Shown: one piece after another, positions 37,676-46,104 of the stretch
Layout: each line of letters opens with the position of its first letter
How positions within the stretch are numbered: the stretch's first letter is position 1
Assembly (NCBI GenBank): GCA_045590615.1
Contig: JAZNRH010000044.1
Coordinates: 1 to 61,365 of the forward strand
DNA length: 61,365 bases
Direction: 5' to 3'
Source of the DNA: Eubacteriales bacterium
GTDB lineage: Bacteria; Bacillota; Clostridia; Oscillospirales; SIG627
Translations under genes and position numbers: made by a program
The notes under the pieces: model-generated
What the model was told of the DNA's origin: nothing
The model's input: only the letters and a program-made list of their open reading frames with translations
Database searches by the model: none

Positions 37676-37769
37676 GCACCACTTTTCGAGGGCGAAAAAC
37701 AAGCTGAAATTTTTAGAAAATTTACATTTATTTTTTTCTTTGCTCCCCCCTTCATTTACTATTATACAC

Positions 37770-37840
37770 TGACATCGACTGACATACAATGACCACTTAC
37801 TGACAACTTTATTGACTTTTGTATTTCTTTGTGATAAAAT
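37770..37840 (+). promoter_or_regulatory. Helically phased TGAC(A/C) repeats merging into the mtaB promoter
   Basis: TGACA at 37770, 37780 and 37801, and TGACC at 37790. The -35 TTGACT is at 37812..37817, followed by N17 and TGaTAAAAT. Confidence 0.5.
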
Positions 37841-37859
37841 TTCATAAAGAGGTATGAAG

Positions 37860-39104
37860 ATGAAGATAGGAATGTTGACGCTCGGGTGTAGGGTAAACCA
37901 ATACGAGAGCGATGCAATAGCCGAAAGGCTTGAGAAAAAAGGCTACGAGATAGCAAAATTTGAAAAGGGCTGTGACGCTTATATAATAAATACCTGCACC
38001 GTAACTGCAGAGAGTGATTCAAAGTGCAAAAAGGCAATCCGACGGGCGCTGAGATATGGCGCACCCGTGGCAGTAATAGGCTGTTTTGTTCAGGGTGCCT
38101 CAGGGAATGACGCAGAGCTTGACGGGGTAAACTATATTTCGGGCAACGTCAACAAGGGCGAGGTCGCAGATTATATAGATAGAATAATAGCAGGCGAGAG
38201 GTTTGACAGACGGCAGAGTCTGTCGGGGGCAGAATATGAAAGACTCGGTATAACCTCTTGTAAATACGTCAAGGCGTACGTTAAAATCGAGGACGGCTGT
38301 AACAACTTCTGCTCTTATTGCTACGTGCCCTACGTCAGGGGCAGAGTGCGTTCACGCAATGAGGAGGACGTGCTCTCAGAGGTGAGAAGTCTGAGAGAGT
38401 CGGGCTACAAGGAAATTATACTTACGGGTATTGAAACCTCGGCTTATGGAGAGGATAGAAACAGCAAGGAAGCACTTTGCTCACTCGTAGAGAGAATACA
38501 GAGTGAAAACCATTTTCCAAGACTTCGTTTCGGCTCACTCAACCCCTCTTTTTTTACAAGAGAAAGGCTGGACAGACTTTCTCGGATTGAGGGTGTAATG
38601 CCTCACTTTCATCTGTCGGTACAGAGTGCGTCGGACAGAGTGCTCGAGGCTATGCGACGTCATTATACGAGTGACGAGCTTTATCGTGCCGTCGAGGATA
38701 TAAGGCATTATTTCCCAACGGCTAATCTTTCCTGCGATATGATATGCGGCTTCCCCGGTGAGAGCGAGGCTGATTTTTGTGAGAGCCTCGAGTTTATAAA
38801 AAGGGCAAGGATTTTGCACACTCATATTTTTCCGTATTCCAACCGTGAGGGAACGCTTGCCTCGAAAATGGACGGACAGCTCTCTCAGGAGGAAAAGCAC
38901 AGAAGGGCAGGTGTGATGTCCGAGCTTGCCCAAGGTGTATATAACGAAATATACCGTGAAAATCTGGGCAGGGAGTATACTATACTTGCAGAGTTTTTCA
39001 AAAACGGTAACGTGCTCGGCTACACAGAGAATTTCATCAACCTTTCCATTCCTCGCCCCGAGGGCTGTGAAAAGGGAGATATTATAAGGGTGACAATTAA
39101 ATAA
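37860..39104 (+). CDS. mtaB: tRNA N6-threonylcarbamoyladenosine methylthiotransferase (MiaB-like)
   Basis: The N-terminal UPF0004 domain has GCRVNQYES, the radical-SAM cluster is CNNFCSYCYVP, and the C-terminus is TRAM-like. Start taken at the second ATG, 7 nt after AGAGG. Confidence 0.8.
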   Translation: MKIGMLTLGCRVNQYESDAIAERLEKKGYEIAKFEKGCDAYIINTCTVTAESDSKCKKAIRRALRYGAPVAVIGCFVQGASGNDAELDGVNYISGNVNKGEVADYIDRIIAGERFDRRQSLSGAEYERLGITSCKYVKAYVKIEDGCNNFCSYCYVPYVRGRVRSRNEEDVLSEVRSLRESGYKEIILTGIETSAYGEDRNSKEALCSLVERIQSENHFPRLRFGSLNPSFFTRERLDRLSRIEGVMPHFHLSVQSASDRVLEAMRRHYTSDELYRAVEDIRHYFPTANLSCDMICGFPGESEADFCESLEFIKRARILHTHIFPYSNREGTLASKMDGQLSQEEKHRRAGVMSELAQGVYNEIYRENLGREYTILAEFFKNGNVLGYTENFINLSIPRPEGCEKGDIIRVTIK

Positions 39105-39254
39105 AAATTCACAATTTGCTAAACAAAAGATGAAAAAAGTTTGGTAAAATATAGAAAAGTAATAAATTTTGTTAATATTTCAATTATGAACAAAGTTTAG
39201 CGAATAACATAAAAGACTCTTAAAACAGAGGTTTTTGAAAGGAAGGTATAAATT

Positions 39255-39941
39255 ATGTCTACAAAAATTCTTGTAATTGACGACGACCAGAACATATGCG
39301 AGCTGTTGAGAATTTTTCTTGAAAACGAGGGATATAAGGTAAAGAGTGCAGGAGACGGCGCAGAGGGTATCGCGCTTTTCAAGGTATACGAGCCCGATTT
39401 GGTTCTTCTCGATATTATGCTTCCCAAAAAGGACGGCTGGCAGGTATGCCGTGAAATAAGAGAAATGTCTCAAAAGCCCATTATTATGCTTACTGCCAAG
39501 GGAGAGGTCTTCGACAAGGTGCTCGGACTTGAGCTTGGCGCAGACGATTTTATCGTCAAGCCCTTTGATACCAAGGAGGTTTCGGCACGTGTCAAGGCTG
39601 TGCTTCGCCGTTACACTGCCGGAGACAGAAGAGAAGAGGACGAGGTAGTCAAGTTTGAGAACATTGAAATAAGTCTTAGAAAATACGAGCTTAAGCTCAA
39701 TTCAAAGGCTGTTGATATTCCCCCCAAGGAGCTTGAGCTTCTCTATTTCCTTGCCTCTAACTACAACAGAGTTTTCACCCGTGACCAGCTTCTCGACAAG
39801 GTGTGGGGCTTTGATTATCTCGGAGACTCAAGAACGGTTGACGTTCACGTAAAAAGATTGCGTGAAAAGCTTGAGGGCGTAAGCGACAAGTGGAATCTTA
39901 AGACGGTATGGGGCGTAGGATATAAATTCGAGCTTCTTTAA
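39255..39941 (+). CDS. OmpR-family response regulator
   Basis: Receiver domain (ILVIDDD...DLVLLDIMLP) plus a winged-helix C-terminus (VWGFDYLGDSRTVDVHVKRLREKL). Confidence 0.9.
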   Translation: MSTKILVIDDDQNICELLRIFLENEGYKVKSAGDGAEGIALFKVYEPDLVLLDIMLPKKDGWQVCREIREMSQKPIIMLTAKGEVFDKVLGLELGADDFIVKPFDTKEVSARVKAVLRRYTAGDRREEDEVVKFENIEISLRKYELKLNSKAVDIPPKELELLYFLASNYNRVFTRDQLLDKVWGFDYLGDSRTVDVHVKRLREKLEGVSDKWNLKTVWGVGYKFELL

Positions 39942-39952
39942 GGGTGGCGAAA

Positions 39953-41428
39953 ATGTATAAAAGCATATTCGGTAAATACATTCTCACCTTTATGATTATC
40001 GTTGTAATAAGCTTTTTGGCATTGAGTATGGTCGTTACCTCACTCGTTGACAGATCATATACCGAAATGAAGCTTGACCAGATGGAGAATACTGCGCAGA
40101 GCATATACTCGGGTCTCAACGGTCTTATGGCTGTCAGCAAAAAGCCTCTTGAATTGGTTATAAGGCTGGACAACGGCTACGTGAATGAGTTTATCAACAA
40201 AAATGCCGAAAACACCGACTCGGTTATTTTCATAACCGACCATAACGGCAGAGTGCTTGTTACCAGTGATAACGGTAAAGGAATAATTCCGGACGAGCTT
40301 TCACCTACGCTTGCCGAGATGTATCTTATGAAGGACTATTCGGTGTCCGACCTTGACGGCTTGTTTGAAAAAGAGCACATCAACGTGATTTCTCCCATAA
40401 ATATCAACCCTATTGCGTGGACCGATAACAAGGCTGAGGAAAATACGGGTGCAGTTTTTATATGCTCGGAGAATACCAATCCTATTCTTGAAAAAATAGG
40501 CTCGACAATCACGATGACGCTGATATGGATATTTATTATATCACTTGCAGCAGTTTATTTTGTCAGCGAGAGGGTTTCAAGGCCACTCAAGGAAATGAGC
40601 TATGCCGCAAAGAGCTTTGCTCAGGGGAAATTTAACGTGCGTGTTCCGGTGAGGGGAGACGATGAGGTTGCAGAGCTTGCCACAGCCTTTAATAATATGG
40701 CGGGAAGCCTTGAAAAGCTTGAGGAAAACAGAAGCACGTTCTTGTCAAATATATCTCACGACCTGAGAACTCCGATGACTACGATATCGGGCTTTATTGA
40801 CGGAATACTTTCGGGCGCAATTCCCGAGGACAAGACCGAGCATTATCTCGGTGTCGTTTCGTCTGAGGTCAAAAGACTTGCAAGGCTGGTTAATTCACTG
40901 CTTGATATAACGAGAATTCAGTCGGGCGAAAGAAAATTCAATATGCGTCCGTTTGACGTCTGCGAGCTTGCAAGACAGGTGCTGATTTCCTGCGAGTCGA
41001 GAATTGACTCAAAGAAGCTGGACGTTTCCTTTGAGTGCGACGATGACAATATGGTTGCCGTTGCCGATATGGACGCAATTCATCAGATTTTGTATAATTT
41101 GATTGACAATGCAATCAAGTTTTCAAACGAGGGTGGTAAGCTTTCTCTCAAGCTCCACGAGAATGCACAAAAGATATTCGTCAGCGTAAGAAATACGGGG
41201 GATGGAATTGCCTCAAACGAGCTGCCACACGTCTTTGACAGATTTTATAAGTCGGACAGTTCAAGAGGTATGGACAAGTCGGGGCTTGGCTTGGGCTTGT
41301 ATATTTCCAAGACGATTATGGATCAGCATAACGAGGAAATCTGGGTTAAGTCCGAGGAAAATTCGTGGTGCGAATTCACCTTTACCTTGAAAGCTGAGGG
41401 CAAAAAGAAACCAAAGGATGCTTTTTAG
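39953..41428 (+). CDS. Sensor histidine kinase (two TM segments, HAMP, HisKA, HATPase_c)
   Basis: H-box FLSNISHDLRTPMT, N box NLIDNAIKF, G box GLGLGLYISK. The ATG at 39953 follows AGGGTGG, while the track uses GTG at 39944. Confidence 0.85.
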   Translation: MYKSIFGKYILTFMIIVVISFLALSMVVTSLVDRSYTEMKLDQMENTAQSIYSGLNGLMAVSKKPLELVIRLDNGYVNEFINKNAENTDSVIFITDHNGRVLVTSDNGKGIIPDELSPTLAEMYLMKDYSVSDLDGLFEKEHINVISPININPIAWTDNKAEENTGAVFICSENTNPILEKIGSTITMTLIWIFIISLAAVYFVSERVSRPLKEMSYAAKSFAQGKFNVRVPVRGDDEVAELATAFNNMAGSLEKLEENRSTFLSNISHDLRTPMTTISGFIDGILSGAIPEDKTEHYLGVVSSEVKRLARLVNSLLDITRIQSGERKFNMRPFDVCELARQVLISCESRIDSKKLDVSFECDDDNMVAVADMDAIHQILYNLIDNAIKFSNEGGKLSLKLHENAQKIFVSVRNTGDGIASNELPHVFDRFYKSDSSRGMDKSGLGLGLYISKTIMDQHNEEIWVKSEENSWCEFTFTLKAEGKKKPKDAF

Positions 41429-41530
41429 CAAAAAGCACCCTCTGGACTCCCGAAAAGCATAACTTATTTAATTTTAGTTTTATATTACTAAAAACTTGTT
41501 ATGCTTATAAAAATAGGTGAGCCCTCATAA
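41420..41530 (+). repeat. Family B intergenic repeat, copy B1 (overlaps the last codons and stop of the kinase gene)
   Basis: GCTTTTTAGCAAAAAGCACCCTCTGGACTCCCGAAAAGCATAACTTATTTAATTTTAGT matches 60070..60128 and the reverse complement of 47566..47660. Confidence 0.8.
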
Positions 41531-41571
41531 GTCACAACCTCCGGCTAAGCCGGAGGTTGTGACTTTGATTT
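41531..41571 (+). terminator. Rho-independent terminator
   Basis: GTCACAACCTCCGGC-TAA-GCCGGAGGTTGTGAC followed by TTTGATTT. Confidence 0.8.
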
Positions 41572-41632
41572 ATAAAATGTGTGTCACATATTCCTCTTTT
41601 GCATATTATATCAATAGTAGGGGGGAGACTGG

Positions 41633-41779
41633 ATGCACGGACGGGCGAGAGGTATCGGGATTTGTGTTGCGTCGTTTGGCTTTGGGCTTTTGCTGGCATT
41701 TTTTATGCCGAAAAGCGCCTTGATTGTGCTTGAATCGATTGTTATTATTATTGCAGGCGCATTTTTCGTAACCTGTTAG
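41633..41779 (+). CDS. Candidate 48-aa small membrane protein
   Basis: GGGGGAG lies 5 nt before the ATG. The product is MHGRARGIGICVASFGFGLLLAFFMPKSALIVLESIVIIIAGAFFVTC, with two hydrophobic helices. It ends 13 nt before the spoVM start codon. Confidence 0.4.
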   Translation: MHGRARGIGICVASFGFGLLLAFFMPKSALIVLESIVIIIAGAFFVTC

Positions 41780-41792
41780 AAAGGAGCAGAAT

Positions 41793-41864
41793 ATGAAGAT
41801 TATTACTATAAAGCCACCCAAGTTCTTACGAAAGCTCCTTGGAGCTTTCATAAAGAAAAAGTAA
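41793..41864 (+). CDS. spoVM: Stage V sporulation protein M (23-aa amphipathic peptide)
   Basis: MKIITIKPPKFLRKLLGAFIKKK compares with B. subtilis SpoVM MKFYTIKLPKFLGGIVRAMLGSFRKD. AAAGGAG RBS, with a strong terminator downstream. Confidence 0.7.
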   Translation: MKIITIKPPKFLRKLLGAFIKKK

Positions 41865-41877
41865 GGGAATGAAAAAC

Positions 41878-41919
41878 CAACGTGGGACTTTTGAAGTCAA
41901 AAGTCCCACGTTGATTTTC
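41878..41919. terminator. Bidirectional terminator between spoVM and the XRE gene
   Basis: CAACGTGGGACTTTTGA/TCAAAAGTCCCACGTTG long hairpin, flanked by an A-run and a T-run. Confidence 0.8.
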
Positions 41920-41929
41920 TTATGGTGGA

Positions 41930-42163
41930 TTAAATCAGTTTTTCAATTTCGATTACAATGTCGCTCATTTTCATTTCAAGAGCAAGGCTTATTCTGTACA
42001 GGGTTTCTAAGGTTGGTTTTCTTTCTCCCCTTTCGATTGCGCTCAGATGTGTCCTTCCTATGTCGGCAAGACCACTCAGAGCTTCTTGCGAAACTCCTTT
42101 TCTCTTTCTGCAGATATAAATTGCTTCTCCTACTGATTTGGAGTCAAGATACATTTCTGACAT
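41930..42163 (-). CDS. XRE-family helix-turn-helix transcriptional regulator
   Basis: 77 aa. RKRKGVSQEALSGLADIGRTHLSAIERGERKPTLETL is a typical HTH_3 sequence. Confidence 0.8.
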   Translation of the reverse strand: MSEMYLDSKSVGEAIYICRKRKGVSQEALSGLADIGRTHLSAIERGERKPTLETLYRISLALEMKMSDIVIEIEKLI

Positions 42164-42270
42164 AAAATCACCTCAACTACCATTGTAAAATTATTTCTTA
42201 TATTTTTTGAATACATATGTTGACAAAAGAACACATTTGTGCTATAATTTTAATCGTTGGAGAGAATTAA

Positions 42271-42678
42271 ATGAAAAAACGAGACAAATTGAATTTTTGG
42301 GTGATTTTCTTAGGGGTCGTTTTTTTACTTATAGGTTTTTTGATATATGTGACTATACCTTCGACCACGTTTATTAATAAGATGGCTTATAAGATAATTC
42401 CTTTACCCCAAAATAAGTTGGACGGAGCATTTTTTAATACTGTTAGGGGTTATCTTCCTGATGCGTGTTGGTCTTGTTCACTTACGTTGATTTTGTCTGT
42501 AGGTTGCAAACAAGCTGTAGCTGTTATTATAGCAGTAGCTTTTGGTACATTGTGGGAGTTTGCTCAATTGCTCGGCGTGTTTTCGGGAACGTTTGACCTA
42601 TTAGATATTTTTACATATTTTGTATCGGCATTATTAGCATATGCAATTATATATTTTATTAAAAGGAGATTAAAATGA
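42271..42678 (+). CDS. Small integral membrane protein (VanZ/DUF2809-like, tentative)
   Basis: 135 aa with about four TM segments. Transcribed divergently from the XRE gene. Confidence 0.55.
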   Translation: MKKRDKLNFWVIFLGVVFLLIGFLIYVTIPSTTFINKMAYKIIPLPQNKLDGAFFNTVRGYLPDACWSCSLTLILSVGCKQAVAVIIAVAFGTLWEFAQLLGVFSGTFDLLDIFTYFVSALLAYAIIYFIKRRLK

Positions 42679-43178
42679 AAAGAGTTTTAACAGTAGTATT
42701 TGTAGTGTTGGTGCTTGTGTGTTTTGGCGCTATGGCAATTAGCAGTGCCTCAGACAGTGAGGACGGAGAGCAAGGTGAAGCAACGACCGAAAACGTAGTA
42801 AACAATGACAATGAAACGTTGGGCGAATACACCGTCACAATCGATGCTTGTAGAATTGCTGAGGATTGGGAAGGAGATCCTATTGCCATAATTAAATATA
42901 CCTTCACTAACAATTCCGATAATCCAACTTCTTTTAACGTTGCATTTTCGGATAGCGCTTATCAGGACGGGGTAGGCTTAAATTCTTGTTACTTTGTAGA
43001 TGACAGTGCAAATTATTCTTCCGATAACCTATCAAAGAAAATTAAAAAGGGCTCATCTATCGAGGTTGAAACTGCATTCGAATTAAATAATGAAACAAGT
43101 GATATTGAGATAGAGGTTCAGGAACTTTTCAGCTTTAACGATAAGGTTTTAAGAAAGACGTTTAAGATTGCAGAGTAA
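42675..43178 (+). CDS. Secreted or membrane-anchored protein, DUF5067/DUF4352-like (tentative)
   Basis: 167 aa with an N-terminal signal/anchor. IAIIKYTFTNNSDNPTSF and an immunoglobulin-like beta-rich C-terminus. Overlaps the upstream stop. Confidence 0.55.
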   Translation: MKRVLTVVFVVLVLVCFGAMAISSASDSEDGEQGEATTENVVNNDNETLGEYTVTIDACRIAEDWEGDPIAIIKYTFTNNSDNPTSFNVAFSDSAYQDGVGLNSCYFVDDSANYSSDNLSKKIKKGSSIEVETAFELNNETSDIEIEVQELFSFNDKVLRKTFKIAE

Positions 43179-43240
43179 AATCCAAATCGGCTGTAGCAAA
43201 ACGCACAGTCTATACAAAAAACTTGAATAGAATTACGACG

Positions 43241-43276
43241 CAGGGATTGACGGTTTTCGTCAATCCCTGTTATTTT
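43241..43276. terminator. Hairpin terminator
   Basis: CAGGGATTGACG-GTTT-TCGTCAATCCCTG followed by TTATTTT. Confidence 0.7.
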
Positions 43277-43287
43277 CCTACCTTACC

Positions 43288-43488
43288 TCAGCTCAGTACG
43301 TCGTTGCTTTTCTTTTTATCTTGCACTCGGCATCTTTCACGCATATGTCTTGTGGTGTCGCAATATGGCAGAGGCACGTCGTAGGCTTGCGCATCTATGA
43401 TGGGCATATCGATTATTGCTTCGGCATCGAGCATTGGATTATTTGACAAAAACGAGTCCACTCTGTTGTGTTTATTTGTTTTTTTCAC
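43288..43488 (-). CDS. Hypothetical 66-aa protein (GTG start)
   Basis: Only an ORF with a plausible AGGGTG RBS. No family recognised. Confidence 0.35.
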   Translation of the reverse strand: MKKTNKHNRVDSFLSNNPMLDAEAIIDMPIIDAQAYDVPLPYCDTTRHMRERCRVQDKKKSNDVLS

Positions 43489-43549
43489 GCTTTCACACCC
43501 TTTCTGTCATTATTTTTGACCGAGAAGGCTTTTTTATTCTGAAAAGGTA

Positions 43550-43578
43550 TTGAAAAATAATAACATTTGTTTTATAAT
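43550..43578 (+). promoter_or_regulatory. Sigma-A-type promoter of glyA
   Basis: TTGAAA-N17-TATAAT. Confidence 0.65.
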
Positions 43579-43610
43579 ATACTTGGAAAAATTTTTTTAG
43601 GAGAACAAAA

Positions 43611-44852
43611 ATGTTAAAAGAAAATTTAGAATTAATACGCAAGACAGACCCCGAAATAGCTGATGCCATGGAGCAGGAGCTTGTCCGTCAGAGAAGAAAT
43701 ATCGAGCTTATTGCCAGCGAGAATATAGTATCAGAAGCAGTTATGGCTGCTATGGGTAGCCATTTGACCAACAAGTATGCCGAGGGATACCCCGGAAAGA
43801 GATACTACGGTGGCTGTGAGTGTGTTGATATTTCAGAAAGGCTTGCGATTGAAAGAGCAAAGGAGCTTTTTGGCGCAGAGCACGCAAACGTTCAGCCTCA
43901 CTCGGGCGCTCAGGCTAATATCGCAGTTTATCAGGCGTTTTTGGAGCATGGCGATACAGTAATGGGTATGGCGCTCGACCAGGGTGGTCACCTTACTCAC
44001 GGTAGTCCCGTAAACTTCTCGGGTATTAACTATAAATTCGTATCCTACGGTGTCGAAGAGGACACGGGTATGATAGACTACGATAAGGTTGAGGCGCTTG
44101 TTAAGGAGCACAAGCCCAAGCTTATCGTTGCAGGCGCATCGGCTTATCCAAGAAAGATTGATTTCAAGAGATTTGGCGAAATCGCTCACAACAACGGTGC
44201 GTATCTTATGGTAGATATGGCACATATTGCAGGTCTTGTAGCTGCAGGACTTCACGAAAATCCCGTACCCTACGCAGACGTTGTTACGACAACCACTCAT
44301 AAGACCTTGCGTGGTCCGAGAGGTGGTCTCATTCTCTGTCGTGAGGAGTATGCAAAGAAGATTGACAAGGCTATATTCCCCGGTATGCAGGGTGGTCCTC
44401 TCGAGCACGTTATTGCTGCAAAGGCAGTATGCTTCAAGGAGGCGCTCAGCCCCGAGTTCAAGGAATATCAGAAGAGAATTGTATCTAATTGCGCAGCATT
44501 TGCCGATGCAATGCTCAAGGAAGGCTTTAATCTCGTATCGGGTGGTACAGACAATCACCTTATGCTCGTTGACCTCAGAAATATGGGTATTACGGGCAAG
44601 GAGCTTGAGCATAGACTCGACGAGGTTTATATTACAGCTAACAAGAACGCAATCCCCGGCGACCCTGAAAGCCCATTTGTTACAAGTGGCGTGAGACTCG
44701 GTACTGCAGCCGTTTCTTCAAGAGGCTTTGACAATGAGGATATGGTCGAGATAGCTCATCTGATTTATATGACGGTCAAGGAATTTGACAAGGCAGACGA
44801 AATCCGTGCAAGAGTTGAAAAGCTCTGTGAAAAGCACCCCCTTTATAACTGA
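43611..44852 (+). CDS. glyA: Serine hydroxymethyltransferase
   Basis: 413 aa. [17 protein letters not shown]-lysine motif. Confidence 0.95.
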   Translation: MLKENLELIRKTDPEIADAMEQELVRQRRNIELIASENIVSEAVMAAMGSHLTNKYAEGYPGKRYYGGCECVDISERLAIERAKELFGAEHANVQPHSGAQANIAVYQAFLEHGDTVMGMALDQGGHLTHGSPVNFSGINYKFVSYGVEEDTGMIDYDKVEALVKEHKPKLIVAGASAYPRKIDFKRFGEIAHNNGAYLMVDMAHIAGLVAAGLHENPVPYADVVTTTTHKTLRGPRGGLILCREEYAKKIDKAIFPGMQGGPLEHVIAAKAVCFKEALSPEFKEYQKRIVSNCAAFADAMLKEGFNLVSGGTDNHLMLVDLRNMGITGKELEHRLDEVYITANKNAIPGDPESPFVTSGVRLGTAAVSSRGFDNEDMVEIAHLIYMTVKEFDKADEIRARVEKLCEKHPLYN

Positions 44853-46090
44853 TGATACCACTTGCTGAAAGACTCCGACCCACCACCTTTGACGAGGTTG
44901 TGGGTCAGGAGCATATACTTGGAGCGAATGCGCCACTCAGAAGGATTATTTCCTCTCCCGTGTTGCCCAATATGATTTTTTACGGACCGTCGGGTACGGG
45001 AAAAACCACAGTGGCAAATATAATTGCCAAGAACGCAGGAATGACGCTCAAAAAGCTCAACGCAACGATTGCTCAGACAAAGGATATAAAGGACGTGCTT
45101 TTTGAGACGGGTACACTTTTTGGTTCTGAGGGCATTCTGCTTTTTATAGATGAAATTCAATACCTGAATAAACGTCAACAGCAAACGCTGCTTGAGTTTA
45201 TCGAGGACGGAAGAGTTACCCTGATTGCATCTACTACCGAAAATCCGTATTTTTATATCTATAAGGCTATTTTGTCTCGTTCTACGGTTTTTGAGTTCAA
45301 GCCACTTTCCAACCTTGCAGTTGCCAAGGCTCTTGAAAGGGCGCTTGACTGTCTCAACCGTGAAAACTCAACTCAAAAGACTATTACTCCCGAAGCAGTA
45401 ACGTCTCTGTCCACTGCAGGTGGAGGAGATTTGAGAGCGTCTATCAATGCTCTTGAGCTTGCATATCATATAAGTGAAGAGGTTATCGGTGAAGAGATTG
45501 CAAAGCAGGTGCTTGCAAGGAATTATATGTCCTTTGACAGAGACGGAGATGCTCACTACGAGCTGTTGTCTGCTTTACAGAAGTCCATTCGAGGCTCTGA
45601 TGAAAACGCTGCGATTTTCTATCTTGCAAAGCTTCTTGAGGGTGGTGATTTGATTTCACCCTGCAGGCGACTTTTGGTTATAGCAAGCGAGGATATAGGA
45701 CTTGCTTACCCAATGGCTTCGGTCATTGTAAAATCGCTTGTCGATTCGGCTCTTCAGCTCGGTTTACCCGAGGCGAGAATACCACTTGCCGAGGCAGCAA
45801 TTCTTCTTGCGACAGCCCCCAAGTCGAACAGCGCGTATATGGCGATTGCTTCGGCAACCGAGGACGTGCAAAAGGGACTCGGTCAGGATATGCCGTCAAG
45901 ACTTAAGAACAATCATTACTTTGGCGAGGGCGACAAAAAGGATAATTACCTTTATCCACACGATTATCCAAATCATTGGGTGAAACAGCAATATCTTCCC
46001 GACGATTTGAAGAACCGTCAGTATTATCATTTTGGAGAAAACAAAACGGAGCAGGCAGCTCTGGAATATAAAAATAAAATACAAAAATAA
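44852..46090 (+). CDS. rarA: Replication-associated recombination protein A (AAA+ ATPase)
   Basis: LAERLRP...GPSGTGKTT Walker A and MgsA C-terminal blocks (HYELLSALQKSIRGSD). Shows TGATG overlap with glyA. Confidence 0.9.
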   Translation: MIPLAERLRPTTFDEVVGQEHILGANAPLRRIISSPVLPNMIFYGPSGTGKTTVANIIAKNAGMTLKKLNATIAQTKDIKDVLFETGTLFGSEGILLFIDEIQYLNKRQQQTLLEFIEDGRVTLIASTTENPYFYIYKAILSRSTVFEFKPLSNLAVAKALERALDCLNRENSTQKTITPEAVTSLSTAGGGDLRASINALELAYHISEEVIGEEIAKQVLARNYMSFDRDGDAHYELLSALQKSIRGSDENAAIFYLAKLLEGGDLISPCRRLLVIASEDIGLAYPMASVIVKSLVDSALQLGLPEARIPLAEAAILLATAPKSNSAYMAIASATEDVQKGLGQDMPSRLKNNHYFGEGDKKDNYLYPHDYPNHWVKQQYLPDDLKNRQYYHFGENKTEQAALEYKNKIQK

Positions 46091-46104
46091 AGGAGAACAC
46101 AAAA

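Noticed and set aside
41517-41851. Track ORFs 41517..41723 (+, 68 aa) and 41606..41851 (-, 81 aa).
   Set aside because: The first starts inside a repeat and terminator hairpin. The second is antisense to spoVM. Neither has an RBS. The two short plus-strand ORFs with strong RBSs explain the region better.
43833-44612. Long antisense ORFs inside well-supported genes. Examples: 259 aa opposite glyA, 198 aa at 23213..23809 opposite rsmB, 169 aa at 29389..29898 opposite ffh, 169 aa at 12271..12780, 164 aa at 34930..35424, and 177 aa at 57676..58209.
   Set aside because: These are shadow ORFs on the opposite strand of genes with clear family signatures. They have no RBS and unusual composition.
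45952-45960. Perfect DnaA-box-like TTATCCACA.
   Set aside because: It is a single occurrence inside the rarA coding sequence, with no cluster and no AT-rich unwinding element, so it is most likely chance.
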